A DNA stretch of 64,000 nucleotides from an uncultured Spirochaetota bacterium (GCA_963783575.1 CAWAOD010000005.1:576001-640000), one strand, 5' to 3'; numbered from the stretch's first letter, positions 1 through 10,151 are shown. Notes: generated from the letters alone by a model not told the origin. Numbers and translations are program-made.

Positions 1-1
1 C

Positions 2-835
2 CTTCAATTCGGAACTTTACCTTCTGAATCGGCTATTCCAATAATAATTGCCGGGGAAAAGGGCTTTTTTAAAAATGTGGGCGTTGATATTAATCTTGTA
101 CCTTTCAACTCTCCCGATGACCGTAATATCGCCGTACAGGCAGGGAAAATTGACGGTATTATCGCGGATGTTATGACTTCCCTGACTTTCATTGAGGCCG
201 GTTTCCCAATGAAAGTCACATCAGACATAAACGAAGACTTCAAACTGCTGACATCGCCGAAATCCGGTATCGACACTTTTCAAAAACTGAATAATAAAGA
301 TATTTCTATAGTTCCCAACTATGTGCTGGAATACATTATGGATAAAATGGCACAAAAAAATAATATAACTTACAAAATTGTAACAATTCCCTCAATTTCT
401 GCCCGGTTTGAAGCCCTGCTGGCCGATAAAATCAGCGCTGTAGTTTTCACCGAACCCCAGGCAACGCTTCTGGCTTCAAGGGGAGCAAAGGTTCTCGCAT
501 CCGCCCGGGAGTATGGCTTGAAGGCCGGTGCAATCCTGTTCAATGATAAAATCCTGGTTTCAAGGCCGGATGCAATAAAGGCTTTTTACAAAGCTTATAA
601 TAAAGCTGTAGAGTACATTGTTAAAACCAATGCGGCGGAATACGGGGGAATTCTGAAAAAATACGGTTTCCCCGATGCTGTTACAAACTATCTAAGCTTG
701 ACCTCCGCATATAATAAGGCCGGTAAAATCACAGACGAATCATATAAAAGTGTACTGGAATGGTCAAAGTCAAAAGGTCTGATAAAAAAGGATTATAAGT
801 TTCAAGACATTAGTAATTACAAATTCATTGAATGA
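2..835 (+). CDS. ABC transporter substrate-binding protein, SsuA/TauA/NMT1-like (5' partial)
   Basis: Frame is open from the window start (LQFGTLPSESAIPIIIAGEKGFFKNVGVDINLVPF...); AVQAGKIDG and FTEP motifs; followed by ATPase and permease. Confidence 0.85.
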   Translation, partial: LQFGTLPSESAIPIIIAGEKGFFKNVGVDINLVPFNSPDDRNIAVQAGKIDGIIADVMTSLTFIEAGFPMKVTSDINEDFKLLTSPKSGIDTFQKLNNKDISIVPNYVLEYIMDKMAQKNNITYKIVTIPSISARFEALLADKISAVVFTEPQATLLASRGAKVLASAREYGLKAGAILFNDKILVSRPDAIKAFYKAYNKAVEYIVKTNAAEYGGILKKYGFPDAVTNYLSLTSAYNKAGKITDESYKSVLEWSKSKGLIKKDYKFQDISNYKFIE

Positions 836-859
836 TTTTGATGAAGGATATTTATAATA

Positions 860-1594
860 ATGATAAATGTCGAGGGATTAAAGGTTAAATACGGCAGTGA
901 AACTGCATTGAATGATATTGATTTATACATTCCGAAAAACACAACCTGCGCTGTTATAGGGCCTTCAGGATGTGGAAAAACCTCTTTGGTCTATGCTCTT
1001 GCCGGGCTTATAAAACCTTCGGAAGGCTTTGTCCGGATCAATAATAAACCATTAACCGGTATACGAAAAGAGACCGGGATTATTCTTCAGAATTTCGGGC
1101 TCCTGCCATGGAAAACCGTCTGGAATAATGTTTCGCTTGGTTTATCCTCAAGGAAACTAAATAAATCAGCAGTAAAATCAAAAGTCGATTCCATACTGAA
1201 AGACCTTGGTATTCCGGAGCTTAAGCACAAATTTCCCGCACAGTTAAGCGGAGGACAGAAACAGCGTACGTCCATTGCCAGAACACTCGTGGCCGGGCCG
1301 GATATTCTGCTTATGGATGAGGCCTCTTCGGCGCTTGATGCCATAACGAAAGAACATATTCAGGACCTAGTCCTCGATATTTATAGAAAGAGTCCGATTA
1401 CGCTTGTCATCGTGACGCATAATATCGAAGAAGCTGTTTTTTTAGGCCAAAAAATTGCCGTAATGGGAAAGGCAATGATCAGGCGTATTATGGATAATCC
1501 CTGTTTTGGGATTGAAAATATAAGATTTAAACACGATTATCATAACATGTGCCTTGAAGTTAGGAAGTGTCTTCAGGAAGGAAACATCTTATGA
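860..1594 (+). CDS. ABC transporter ATP-binding protein (NitT/TauT type)
   Basis: Walker A GPSGCGKT, signature LSGGQ, Walker B LLMDE, H-loop VTHN. Confidence 0.93.
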   Translation: MINVEGLKVKYGSETALNDIDLYIPKNTTCAVIGPSGCGKTSLVYALAGLIKPSEGFVRINNKPLTGIRKETGIILQNFGLLPWKTVWNNVSLGLSSRKLNKSAVKSKVDSILKDLGIPELKHKFPAQLSGGQKQRTSIARTLVAGPDILLMDEASSALDAITKEHIQDLVLDIYRKSPITLVIVTHNIEEAVFLGQKIAVMGKAMIRRIMDNPCFGIENIRFKHDYHNMCLEVRKCLQEGNIL

Positions 1595-2361
1595 AACTGC
1601 TTAAAAGAATAATATTAAACAAAACGCTGTTTGGTGCGCTGATTGTCATCCTATTCTGGCTTATCCTGCATATTTTTGTAAATTCAAGAATAATCCCCGG
1701 TATATTTGAAACAGCGGCTGCCTTTTTTAAGCTAATGAGCGGAAACCTGATTATCCATATTTCCGCCAGTCTTTTAAGGATTATTCTGGCAGTTGTGATT
1801 TCGATTTTTATTGGAGTACCGCTTGGTTTATGGACTGGAACAAATAAAAATGCCGATTCTGTAATATCTCCGGTGGCATATATCCTTTATCCAATTCCGA
1901 AAATAGCCTTTCTTCCCGTTTTAATACTGCTTTTGGGTCTCGGGGAAAGTTCAAAGATTATTTTGATTATAACAATTATTGTTTTCCCGATACTTCTGGC
2001 TGCAAGGGATGGAGTCAGGGAAATACCTCTTGAGCTGTTTTATTCTGTAAAATCGCTCGGATTAAATGACCGGCAGATTTATTCAAACTTAGTCTTTCCT
2101 GCCGTCCTCCCGAAAATCTTATCATCCCTAAGGATTAGTATAGGGATAGGTATTTCTGTTTTGTTTTTTGCGGAAAATTACGCAACGTCATATGGAATAG
2201 GATATTTTATTATGAGAAGCTGGACGGCGATGAACTATGTCGAAATGTTTGCGGGGATCCTGGCCCTGAGCCTTACAGGAATGATGATTTTCCGGCTAAT
2301 GGACCTTCTGGAAAGAAAACTCTGCCCATGGATTTTCATTATTGATCAAGTAGATGAATAG
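1591..2361 (+). CDS. ABC transporter permease (SsuC/TauC-like)
   Basis: YPIPKIAFLP motif, EAA-like loop and multiple TM segments; ATG at 1591 overlaps the ATPase stop (ATGA). Confidence 0.9.
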   Translation: MKLLKRIILNKTLFGALIVILFWLILHIFVNSRIIPGIFETAAAFFKLMSGNLIIHISASLLRIILAVVISIFIGVPLGLWTGTNKNADSVISPVAYILYPIPKIAFLPVLILLLGLGESSKIILIITIIVFPILLAARDGVREIPLELFYSVKSLGLNDRQIYSNLVFPAVLPKILSSLRISIGIGISVLFFAENYATSYGIGYFIMRSWTAMNYVEMFAGILALSLTGMMIFRLMDLLERKLCPWIFIIDQVDE

Positions 2362-2441
2362 ACGAACTCTTGTTATTTTTAAAAATTGTGCCCCTTTGGT
2401 TTGACCGGGCTCATAACCGCGGCATGCTTGTGAAGGCCTTC

Positions 2442-3185
2442 TTATTCCAGTATGTCAATGAATTTATCCATATCATAACTTAATAATATACCTTCTCTGG
2501 ATAATTTCATAGGGTCTTTCAATCTGGTGTTAAAGCCTCCATTTGTTGTAAAAGCCAGCTTAAATCCAAGTTCTTTAAGCCATTCTTTTATTTTGTCCGT
2601 TGCAATTCCAAATGGATAAGCAAAGGCTCCTCTGGAGCCGGTAAATAACTCACATTCTTTAATATCTTCAATAAAAGTTTTTCTATCAACCTTTTGCAGT
2701 GCTGTAAACCCGTTTTTCCTGGTATGAAGGGCTTTTGAATGATTGGCACATTCAAAGACATCATTCATTTCAGAAAGTTCTTCCGTTGATAAACATATTG
2801 ACTCTTCAGTCGAATATTGTACTGGTTCGTCGAAAAGCCAGTCCAATACTACAAAACCGACAGCGTTAAAACTATATTTTTTCAATACCGGATAGGCATA
2901 AATCATTACGGATTTATACATATCGTCAAATGTTATCAATACAGATTTTTCCGGGAGTCCCTTACCTTTGTAATAGAAATCTACAATATTTTCAAGTTTT
3001 AAAGTAATGTAACCGTTTTTGTATAAATAATCCACCTGTTTTTCAAACTCTTCTAAAAACACAAAAAGTGTTTTAGGTAGTATATCTGTATAATTCTGTT
3101 TAACTTTTATATTTGAAACATTATCGGCATTCCAGTCTACACGTTTAATAATTTCATGATACATCAGGGTATGAAAACCTTCCAA
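2442..3185 (-). CDS. Polysaccharide deacetylase (CE4/NodB family), no signal peptide
   Basis: LMYH, ITFDD, NHSKALH and FAYPFG motifs; AGGGAG RBS before a TTG start. Confidence 0.88.
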   Translation of the reverse strand: MEGFHTLMYHEIIKRVDWNADNVSNIKVKQNYTDILPKTLFVFLEEFEKQVDYLYKNGYITLKLENIVDFYYKGKGLPEKSVLITFDDMYKSVMIYAYPVLKKYSFNAVGFVVLDWLFDEPVQYSTEESICLSTEELSEMNDVFECANHSKALHTRKNGFTALQKVDRKTFIEDIKECELFTGSRGAFAYPFGIATDKIKEWLKELGFKLAFTTNGGFNTRLKDPMKLSREGILLSYDMDKFIDILE

Positions 3186-3264
3186 TTATTTCTCCCTAAA
3201 AAACTTTCAGCTTTTTTTGGATAAGCTTATATTATAATAAATCCTGCTGAAATAGTCATTTCTT

Positions 3265-4743
3265 TCAATCAGGGTTCTTCAGGGTCTGGTTTAATATTTG
3301 TTTGATAATAAGATACAAAATGGTGACACATACTATTAATAAATTTAACCAGCAAAACCAATTCCCGTATTTTGAATAAAATGTATTTATTTTTTTTACC
3401 CGGAATCCGGCCGTTAAAAAATTTTCATTGTTATCTATTTTAAATGTGCTCTCTTTTACAATCCGTCCATAAGGATCGCTGATTGTCTGATCCCCTTCTC
3501 TGGCTGATCTTATTACGGTAAAACCGTTTTCCACTCCTCTCATAACAGCCATTCTTGAATGCTGCCAGTTATCAATTTGAAAATCCCAGGCCGGAACAAG
3601 TAAGATATCTGCGGTTGAATACTTCCTTATCCAGCCCGGAAAATCCATATCTTTACAAATGGCCACACCCAGTTTCAATTTTTTGTAATCAAAAATCAAA
3701 ATACTGTTTCCTCTTCCGAAAGTCCTTTCCCAACCGCCGACCAGGTATTTTTTTTGATATTCAAAAAAGGTTTCGTCATTTGGTAAAAATACCGATGCTA
3801 TATTTTTATCCGGATTATTTTTTATCTTCCATCCGGCAACGATAAGGCAATTATTTTTAACGGTAAGAGCTGAGAAATTACTGTAATAAGCAGTTTTTTC
3901 ATCCTGTTTTAATTCTGTAATTTTTTCCGGCAGCAATATGCAGTCTAAATTCTGAGAATTACTTTTATCAATTAATTCGTCATACATATGTATAACAAGA
4001 TCCCTGTTTTTCGGGTTGTTAATGTTTGAATGAGCCGGTAAGTGTTCGACATCAAGGCAAAGCACATTAAAATATCTTAAATTTTGGTCTTCGTTGTTAA
4101 CATTTTCTCTAATATTTGCGATCCTGAGAATACCGAATATAAAAATAATTATAAGGATTACTGAAGGAAAAATTAGGTCAGAAAACCTTATTTTTTGATC
4201 CTTTAAAGTTAATAAAAATGCCGATAATGATGCAAATAAAGATATTGTAAATGTGATTCCATAAATTCCGGTTATTGAAGCAATCTGGATTAAAATAACA
4301 TTATTTGCCTGAGTATATGCCAGGCTTCCCCAGGTTCCATCCGGAAATGTTATACTCATAATAAATTCAACGACCATCGTTAAGACCGGAAAGATCAAAA
4401 TTCTCAGTGGATTTTTTATTTTTGAGATTAAAATCTTGTTTAACAGAAAGATACAGGCAAAAATTAAAGCCCAAAAGAAAATCATAATTACAGCGATAGC
4501 AGGAAAGAAAATCTGGTTACTCAAGAAGAAAAAAATATTTATCTTTGACAGCACGATGGCAATTAAAGCTGCAAAAAAAGCCGCAGCTTTTGTATTATAA
4601 AAACCATAGATCAAAAGTGGAACAGGTGCAATCCAGAGTAAAAACCAATAATCTCCGCTTAAGCCGGTTGAAAAATAATACAATGCTGCTGAAAAGAGAA
4701 TCACCGGGATAATAGAATACTTTTTCAGGAAAAAATGGCTCAT
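3265..4743 (-). CDS. Membrane-anchored carbon-nitrogen hydrolase (apolipoprotein N-acyltransferase-like)
   Basis: About 7 N-terminal TM segments (WGSLAYTQ, ITGIYGITF) and a nitrilase triad E (LPEK), K (YQKKYL), C (AICKD); RGVENG motif. Confidence 0.8.
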   Translation of the reverse strand: MSHFFLKKYSIIPVILFSAALYYFSTGLSGDYWFLLWIAPVPLLIYGFYNTKAAAFFAALIAIVLSKINIFFFLSNQIFFPAIAVIMIFFWALIFACIFLLNKILISKIKNPLRILIFPVLTMVVEFIMSITFPDGTWGSLAYTQANNVILIQIASITGIYGITFTISLFASLSAFLLTLKDQKIRFSDLIFPSVILIIIFIFGILRIANIRENVNNEDQNLRYFNVLCLDVEHLPAHSNINNPKNRDLVIHMYDELIDKSNSQNLDCILLPEKITELKQDEKTAYYSNFSALTVKNNCLIVAGWKIKNNPDKNIASVFLPNDETFFEYQKKYLVGGWERTFGRGNSILIFDYKKLKLGVAICKDMDFPGWIRKYSTADILLVPAWDFQIDNWQHSRMAVMRGVENGFTVIRSAREGDQTISDPYGRIVKESTFKIDNNENFLTAGFRVKKINTFYSKYGNWFCWLNLLIVCVTILYLIIKQILNQTLKNPD

Positions 4744-4760
4744 TTTAAATCCTCCTGGTT

Positions 4761-5627
4761 TTATTTAATCGGAATATAAATATCCACTTCCGGCTCAGGC
4801 AGATTAATTCGTTTATCTTCATAAACTTCGAGGTCCTCAGCATTGCCCCTTTCATAACCGGATTTATTAAACCATTCACCGTATATGTAGCGGGTTACTT
4901 CATGTATCTTATCCGGGATTTTTCCCTTAGCTGTAAAAACGGCATAACTGCCGGCCTGTATAACTTTACCTGTCATTCCCTTCGGGATATTTTCCAGTGA
5001 TGTTACTTCATTGGCCGCAATATATTTAAAACTGCCGTCCGGGTTAATGTCCGTACAAATGCCATAAAACTTTCTTTGATCAACCTTGTTTGGAATTTTC
5101 TCCCAATATTTGAGTTTAATACATTTTTCCCAGAATTTTGGTATCTGGATAGAGTTCTGCCCGTTTTCCAGGGTAGACCGGATGCCCGGACCAATAACCA
5201 TAAAAGATTCTTTGTTAATTATCATTGGCTCCATAAATATCCCTCCGACATAAAATGATAATTTCCCATCAGGAAAGATTTTTCTATCGTATAATTTCAA
5301 TCTTTCCCTGTTTTTGCGGCATTGACCCGGAGTGATGCCATAGAACTTTTTAAATGCACGGGAAAAAGCCTCCTGTGACTCGAACCTATATAAAAAAGCG
5401 ATTTGAATAATGCGTTCATCGGTAAAAATAAGTTTTTGCGCAGCAGCGGACAGCCGTCTTTTCCGGATATATCCCATAACCGAATCGCCGACCATTATTT
5501 GGAATATCCTATGAAAATGATAAATGGAAAGATGACCCTCACGGGCAACATTCTCAACGGTAATTTTTTCAGTTAGGTTATTCTCAATAAAATCTATAGC
5601 TTTACCGATTTTGTCCAGGTAATACAA
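4761..5627 (-). CDS. AraC-family transcriptional regulator with C-terminal GyrI-like effector domain
   Basis: AIDFIENNL...HFHRIF...FESQEAFSRAFKKFYGITPG; C-terminal YAVF...IYGEW...DIYIPIK. Confidence 0.92.
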   Translation of the reverse strand: MYYLDKIGKAIDFIENNLTEKITVENVAREGHLSIYHFHRIFQIMVGDSVMGYIRKRRLSAAAQKLIFTDERIIQIAFLYRFESQEAFSRAFKKFYGITPGQCRKNRERLKLYDRKIFPDGKLSFYVGGIFMEPMIINKESFMVIGPGIRSTLENGQNSIQIPKFWEKCIKLKYWEKIPNKVDQRKFYGICTDINPDGSFKYIAANEVTSLENIPKGMTGKVIQAGSYAVFTAKGKIPDKIHEVTRYIYGEWFNKSGYERGNAEDLEVYEDKRINLPEPEVDIYIPIK

Positions 5628-5873
5628 GGCTTATACCTCCAGGATTTGTTTCAACAAAGAGGAATATTATAACATATTATAATTAATTTTTTATGACAGG
5701 AATTGCTATTTTTTTTCTATTTTCTTCAATTTGATATTTTTTCAAAGAACAAATAATTTGAAAGATACTTTTGTACAAATTTTATAAAAAGATGCAGATC
5801 CATAAAAACAATTGATTTTTATTTATGTTTTTGATATGCTTTAAAAAGAGCAGAAAAACTTGTGGGTATTCAT

Positions 5874-5942
5874 ATGGCTCTTGATTATTTGATGCCTAAT
5901 ATGGATGGCAGAATCTGTAGTGAATTTTTAAGATTACGGTAA
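5874..5942 (+). pseudogene. Receiver-domain fragment
   Basis: MALDYLMPNMDGRICSEFLR contains the D-x-x-M-P-x-M-D-G phospho-acceptor motif; only 22 codons. Confidence 0.4.
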
Positions 5943-6054
5943 AGATCTGGAGTTTAAATTTTAAAGAGGAGGCATAATAGATGTATAGACTTCCCGGAAA
6001 AACCGGGGTGGTAGGTTATTACTCCCGGCTAATTGAATGGTCATTATGGTACTT

Positions 6055-6186
6055 ATGAAACTGAATAATAAGATTGCCATTGTCACCGGCGGCGGAAGAG
6101 GTGTTGGGAAAGCTATCGCCGAAGCATTTGTTGCTGGCAACTGTAATTGTAACTGCCGCCCGCCAGACAAAAGGTCTCATTTATAA
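6055..6186 (+). pseudogene. Truncated SDR oxidoreductase N-terminus
   Basis: MKLNNKIAIVTGGGRGVGKAIAEAFVAG (TGxxxGxG motif), continuing after a frameshift as ATVIVTAAR; truncated by the convergent ABC gene. Confidence 0.7.
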
Positions 6187-7154
6187 AGTTCCTTAATAAC
6201 ACTCTCAATTGGCAGTTCCTGGATGGAAATATCTCTGATGCCGCAGGTTTCGCTCGCGGTCTGGATAAAGTCTTTGAGCGGGATGATTGAAATATCGATC
6301 TCAAGTTCCAGATCAGTTGGAGAAATAGTCTGCATGACTTTCACACCCGGAATGCCATTTCCTTCCCATTTCCGTTCAGCGTTGAGTGTAACAGTTTTCA
6401 TTGTTCCGAAATAATTCCGGAGTTTTTCCATCGATCCCTCAAAAACTATTATACCGTGGTTGATCACAATTACCTGACGTGCAAGGCGTTCCACATCATT
6501 GAGATCGTGGGTTGTGAGAATGAAGGTGACACCCTTTCGGTTCATTTCCATAATAAATTCCCGGATTTTTTCCTTTGCGATCACATCAAGCCCAATGGTC
6601 GGTTCATCGAGAAAAACAATCTTAGGAGAATGGAGCATGGCCATTATGAATTCACATTTCATTCTTTCACCAAGGGAAAGTACCCGGGTTGGTTTACGGA
6701 TAATGTTTTTCACATCCAGAAGTTCTACCATTTCATTCAGGATTTTTTTAAACCGGTCTTCCGGAATATTATAGATCGCCTTGTTAAGCACAAAAGCATC
6801 CAGGGGCGGTATGTCCAGGAGAAGCTGGGATTTCTGTCCGAACACAGCGCCGATGTTCCCCACGTAGCGTTTCCTGTCTCTCCATGGGATGTAACCGAGA
6901 ACATTTGCTTCTCCGCTTGTCGGGAAAAGGATTCCTGTGAGGATTTTAAGCGTCGTAGATTTTCCGGCTCCGTTCGGTCCAAGGAACGCTGCGATTTCAC
7001 CCGGTTCGATATCGAAAGAAATGCCTTTGAGCGCTTCCACAGGAATCATTTTCCGGTAGAATAGGCTTTTCAGAACTTCCAGAAAATTTTCCCCTCTTTC
7101 ATAGGTTTCAAATACTTTTTTCAAATCCCGTACGCGGATAATAGGTTCTTGCAT
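6177..7154 (-). CDS. ABC exporter ATP-binding protein
   Basis: GPNGAGKST, LSLGERMK, FLDEPTIGLD; GGAGGT RBS supports ATG at 7154 (MQEPII). Confidence 0.92.
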   Translation of the reverse strand: MQEPIIRVRDLKKVFETYERGENFLEVLKSLFYRKMIPVEALKGISFDIEPGEIAAFLGPNGAGKSTTLKILTGILFPTSGEANVLGYIPWRDRKRYVGNIGAVFGQKSQLLLDIPPLDAFVLNKAIYNIPEDRFKKILNEMVELLDVKNIIRKPTRVLSLGERMKCEFIMAMLHSPKIVFLDEPTIGLDVIAKEKIREFIMEMNRKGVTFILTTHDLNDVERLARQVIVINHGIIVFEGSMEKLRNYFGTMKTVTLNAERKWEGNGIPGVKVMQTISPTDLELEIDISIIPLKDFIQTASETCGIRDISIQELPIESVIKELYK

Positions 7155-7158
7155 AAAA

Positions 7159-7941
7159 CTAACCTCCGGCACTGGTGTAATATTCGAGCATCCTTTTCCA
7201 GTAATATAGGCTGAAAACACAGAACAGGACACTCATAGCGGACGCTATAAGGCTTTCCGGAGCGGGACGGGACAGCAGGGCGGAAGCCGGGAAAAAGCCG
7301 ACCATGGCGACCGGGATAATAAAACTGATTATAAATTGGAACGGTTTGGAAAATATCGAAATAGGATAAGTACCGAAAGCCGTTACAGCCTGAAAAATCT
7401 CATAAACACGAAAATTGCCGACCCAATAAATACCTGTGGCTGCCATAAAAACAGCAAAACCGAAAAACAGGATCATTGCAAAAAAATACAGTATAATAAA
7501 AGCCACCCATGCTTCCGGTTTCAGTGGTCCAATATGTGAGAGTGCAATTCCTGTAATGATAAGCCCACTCAATAATTTGCCCAAATCATCGGAATCGAAG
7601 CCTGTTACTACGGCCATGAGGAGTGTTGAGCGCGGTTTGATTAAAAGCAGGTCGAATGTGCCTTCGCGAACACGGGTTATGGTATTCCCCACAATCCCGA
7701 AGAAAAATGGGAATGAAATCCCCTTTGCGAGCAAAAATATACCCTGTATCAGCAGGGCTTCATACAGGGTCCAGCCGGGAAAAGCAGTTCCTGAACCGTA
7801 GATCAGGAAAGTAACAAGTGGCGCGACCAGCTCAACTGCAAGCATTATAAACAGGCTGAAAAAGAAATCCGCTCTGTAGGCCATCCTGGATGCAAACGCT
7901 GTCCGGATACCAAGCCAGTAAATCCTGAAAAAATCCTTCAT
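7159..7941 (-). CDS. ABC-2 family permease (DUF990/ABC2_membrane_6)
   Basis: MAYRADF, GTFDLLLIKP, YPISIF and C-terminal YTSAGG. Confidence 0.88.
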   Translation of the reverse strand: MKDFFRIYWLGIRTAFASRMAYRADFFFSLFIMLAVELVAPLVTFLIYGSGTAFPGWTLYEALLIQGIFLLAKGISFPFFFGIVGNTITRVREGTFDLLLIKPRSTLLMAVVTGFDSDDLGKLLSGLIITGIALSHIGPLKPEAWVAFIILYFFAMILFFGFAVFMAATGIYWVGNFRVYEIFQAVTAFGTYPISIFSKPFQFIISFIIPVAMVGFFPASALLSRPAPESLIASAMSVLFCVFSLYYWKRMLEYYTSAGG

Positions 7942-8744
7942 GCGCCAACCCCTGTAAAGTGCTTGATCGCTGCACGGTACATGATTTCAGAAACTCCCAA
8001 CATAACGAGAACAGCAGATGACTGTATCGCAACGATCTGCGGAATGGGCATTGTTATCCCGGCCATTTCATAATTCCCAAGAAATACCCGGATCGGTACG
8101 TAGGAAATAAACTGGAAGGGCAAAAACAAAAAGAGCTTCTGGAAATAATCCGGAAAAAAAGCAAGCGGGATAAACGATCCGGCAAGAATGTCACGGAAAA
8201 GCAGGAAAACCCTTCTTAAACCCTCCGCCTGGGTCAGCCAGAAACCGGTAATCCCGATACAGTAATTTACAAGGAACATCATCATAAATCCCAGAAAAAG
8301 TGATATCAGAAACCAGAAAGGGTAGGCCGGAGCCAGTTTAACTTTAAAAACAAAGATAAATAAAAAATAAACCGGCAGGAATTCAACAAAAAATCCCAAA
8401 GCCCGATGGCCGAATTTCTGGGATAACGCGTAATACCGGTGCGAGATCGGACGGAGAAGGAAAGTTAAAAATTTTCCGGTTCTGATAAGCATCTGTAAAT
8501 TCCAGTCTGCAAAATCCATGGTTATATAATAAATGAGCGATGCAACCGCGAAATAAATAAGCATATCGCTCAAAGTCAGACCTTTCAGCGACACTCTTGA
8601 GCCGTAAACCGCTTTCCAGATGGATATCTGGATAAAGTACGTCACCGGTCCCACAAAAAGCGAAACCAGAGCATGGGAACGGTAAGCCGCCCATTCTTTG
8701 TATGTGGCGGCTGCCGTTGATAGTAAAATCCTGATTAAACGCAT
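7938..8744 (-). CDS. ABC-2 family permease (DUF990/ABC2_membrane_6)
   Basis: AYRSH, GKFLTFLLRP, GSFIPLAFFP, LPFQ and C-terminal TGVGA. Confidence 0.88.
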   Translation of the reverse strand: MRLIRILLSTAAATYKEWAAYRSHALVSLFVGPVTYFIQISIWKAVYGSRVSLKGLTLSDMLIYFAVASLIYYITMDFADWNLQMLIRTGKFLTFLLRPISHRYYALSQKFGHRALGFFVEFLPVYFLFIFVFKVKLAPAYPFWFLISLFLGFMMMFLVNYCIGITGFWLTQAEGLRRVFLLFRDILAGSFIPLAFFPDYFQKLFLFLPFQFISYVPIRVFLGNYEMAGITMPIPQIVAIQSSAVLVMLGVSEIMYRAAIKHFTGVGA

Positions 8745-8751
8745 AAAATAC

Positions 8752-9876
8752 CTATTTTAAACCCGCCCAGATAATATTTCTCGGTGCGACTACGGAATCC
8801 ATCGACCAGATTCCGTAATTAACGGCTATATATACCGCTACCAATTGTTCCGACGGATCGATATATAAAGCGGAAGAACCGTATCCTTCGTGGTTATATG
8901 TTTCCTGAGATGCAAGAGACTTATCACCGCTGTAACTCCAGCATAAACCAACCTTCCAATCCGGGTCTTTCCGGCCCCAGGAGAATCCGAAAGCCCCTTT
9001 AAGCTGATACATAATCATAGACTCCACGGATTTGCGGGAAAGTATACGAATTCCATCAAGTGTCCCATTGTTCAGCATCATATTTCCAAAACGGCTCATG
9101 TCCATTAGAGTGGATAGTATTCCACTTGAAGGTAAATTTTTATTGGTGCTAAATCCTGCCTTCCGGATTACCATATTTCTTTCCCAGTTATCCATTACAC
9201 AAACTTCTTTTTCCAATTCCTCAGGAACCTGGAAATAAGTATCATTCATACCGAGCGGCCGGACGATTCTGGATAGGATGTAATCCTCAAAACCCATCCC
9301 TGATTTTCTTTCGATAATTTCTCCTAATATATTGAATCCCATGGAACAATAATTCCAGCATTCCCCGGGTTTCGACTGAAGCGGACCCTGAAGGATTGCT
9401 TTTATCCAGTCCGGATTATTTTCAATTTCATTATAGATCCTTCTCTGGTAAGGCTCATTAAAATATCCTGGCTCTGCCACAATACCAGAAGAATGGGTCA
9501 GAAGATGAAAAATTTGAATATCTTTATGAATAGGGGTGTTGAATTCAGGCAGGATCGTGGAAATGATCTGTTCCAGGCAAATTTTTCCGTCCTCGATCAA
9601 TTGCATGATCGCCGTCGCTGTAAAAACTTTGGTGATAGAAGCCATTCTCCGGAGCGATTCCGGCTTGAATGCCGATTCAGGCTGATCGTATGCGAGCTTT
9701 CCGGAAGTACGGTGTGCGAATATTTTATTATTCCGGGTTAACAAATACCCGGAAGCCATGACTTTACCGCTTTCAATCAGACAATCGAAATGCCCTTCCA
9801 GTTTATCCAAATATTCCGGGAAATAACCTGCATCTTCCGGTAAACAATCCGCTTTTCCACTGTACCACATGATCAT
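8752..9876 (-). CDS. Serine hydrolase, beta-lactamase class C-like family, cytoplasmic
   Basis: SxxK (MASITK), LLTHSSG, PGECWNYCS and HEG; no signal peptide. Confidence 0.9.
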   Translation of the reverse strand: MIMWYSGKADCLPEDAGYFPEYLDKLEGHFDCLIESGKVMASGYLLTRNNKIFAHRTSGKLAYDQPESAFKPESLRRMASITKVFTATAIMQLIEDGKICLEQIISTILPEFNTPIHKDIQIFHLLTHSSGIVAEPGYFNEPYQRRIYNEIENNPDWIKAILQGPLQSKPGECWNYCSMGFNILGEIIERKSGMGFEDYILSRIVRPLGMNDTYFQVPEELEKEVCVMDNWERNMVIRKAGFSTNKNLPSSGILSTLMDMSRFGNMMLNNGTLDGIRILSRKSVESMIMYQLKGAFGFSWGRKDPDWKVGLCWSYSGDKSLASQETYNHEGYGSSALYIDPSEQLVAVYIAVNYGIWSMDSVVAPRNIIWAGLK

Positions 9877-10151
9877 TCTCCATTATTAACTTAAAATATA
9901 TTCTAATTTAAAAATTGAGGAAACTGGGAAGAATTATAATAAAAAGAATAATAAACTGCAAAAAAAGAAGTAAAATATTTAAAAGAAATTATTAACCACA
10001 TTCCCTTTTGTTTGATACCAGTATTTACAGAATTTCTCACCGAAAAACCTGAGATGGGCGGTAAGCAGGAGGACTTTATATCTTATTTGTGATAATTTCG
10101 ATTTTTTATAATAATTGATTAACTGAATCAAGTGCTAAAAACTCATTTATG

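Noticed and set aside
6456..7064. Long antisense ORFs (also 27075-27617, 29044-29625, 47167-47832 and others)
   Set aside because: They are shadows of well-supported genes on the opposite strand, with no motifs or RBS.
10030..10075. Hairpin CTCACCG...CGGTAAG as a TPP or glycine riboswitch
   Set aside because: Only short motif fragments match, the remaining conserved cores are absent, and the gene context does not fit.
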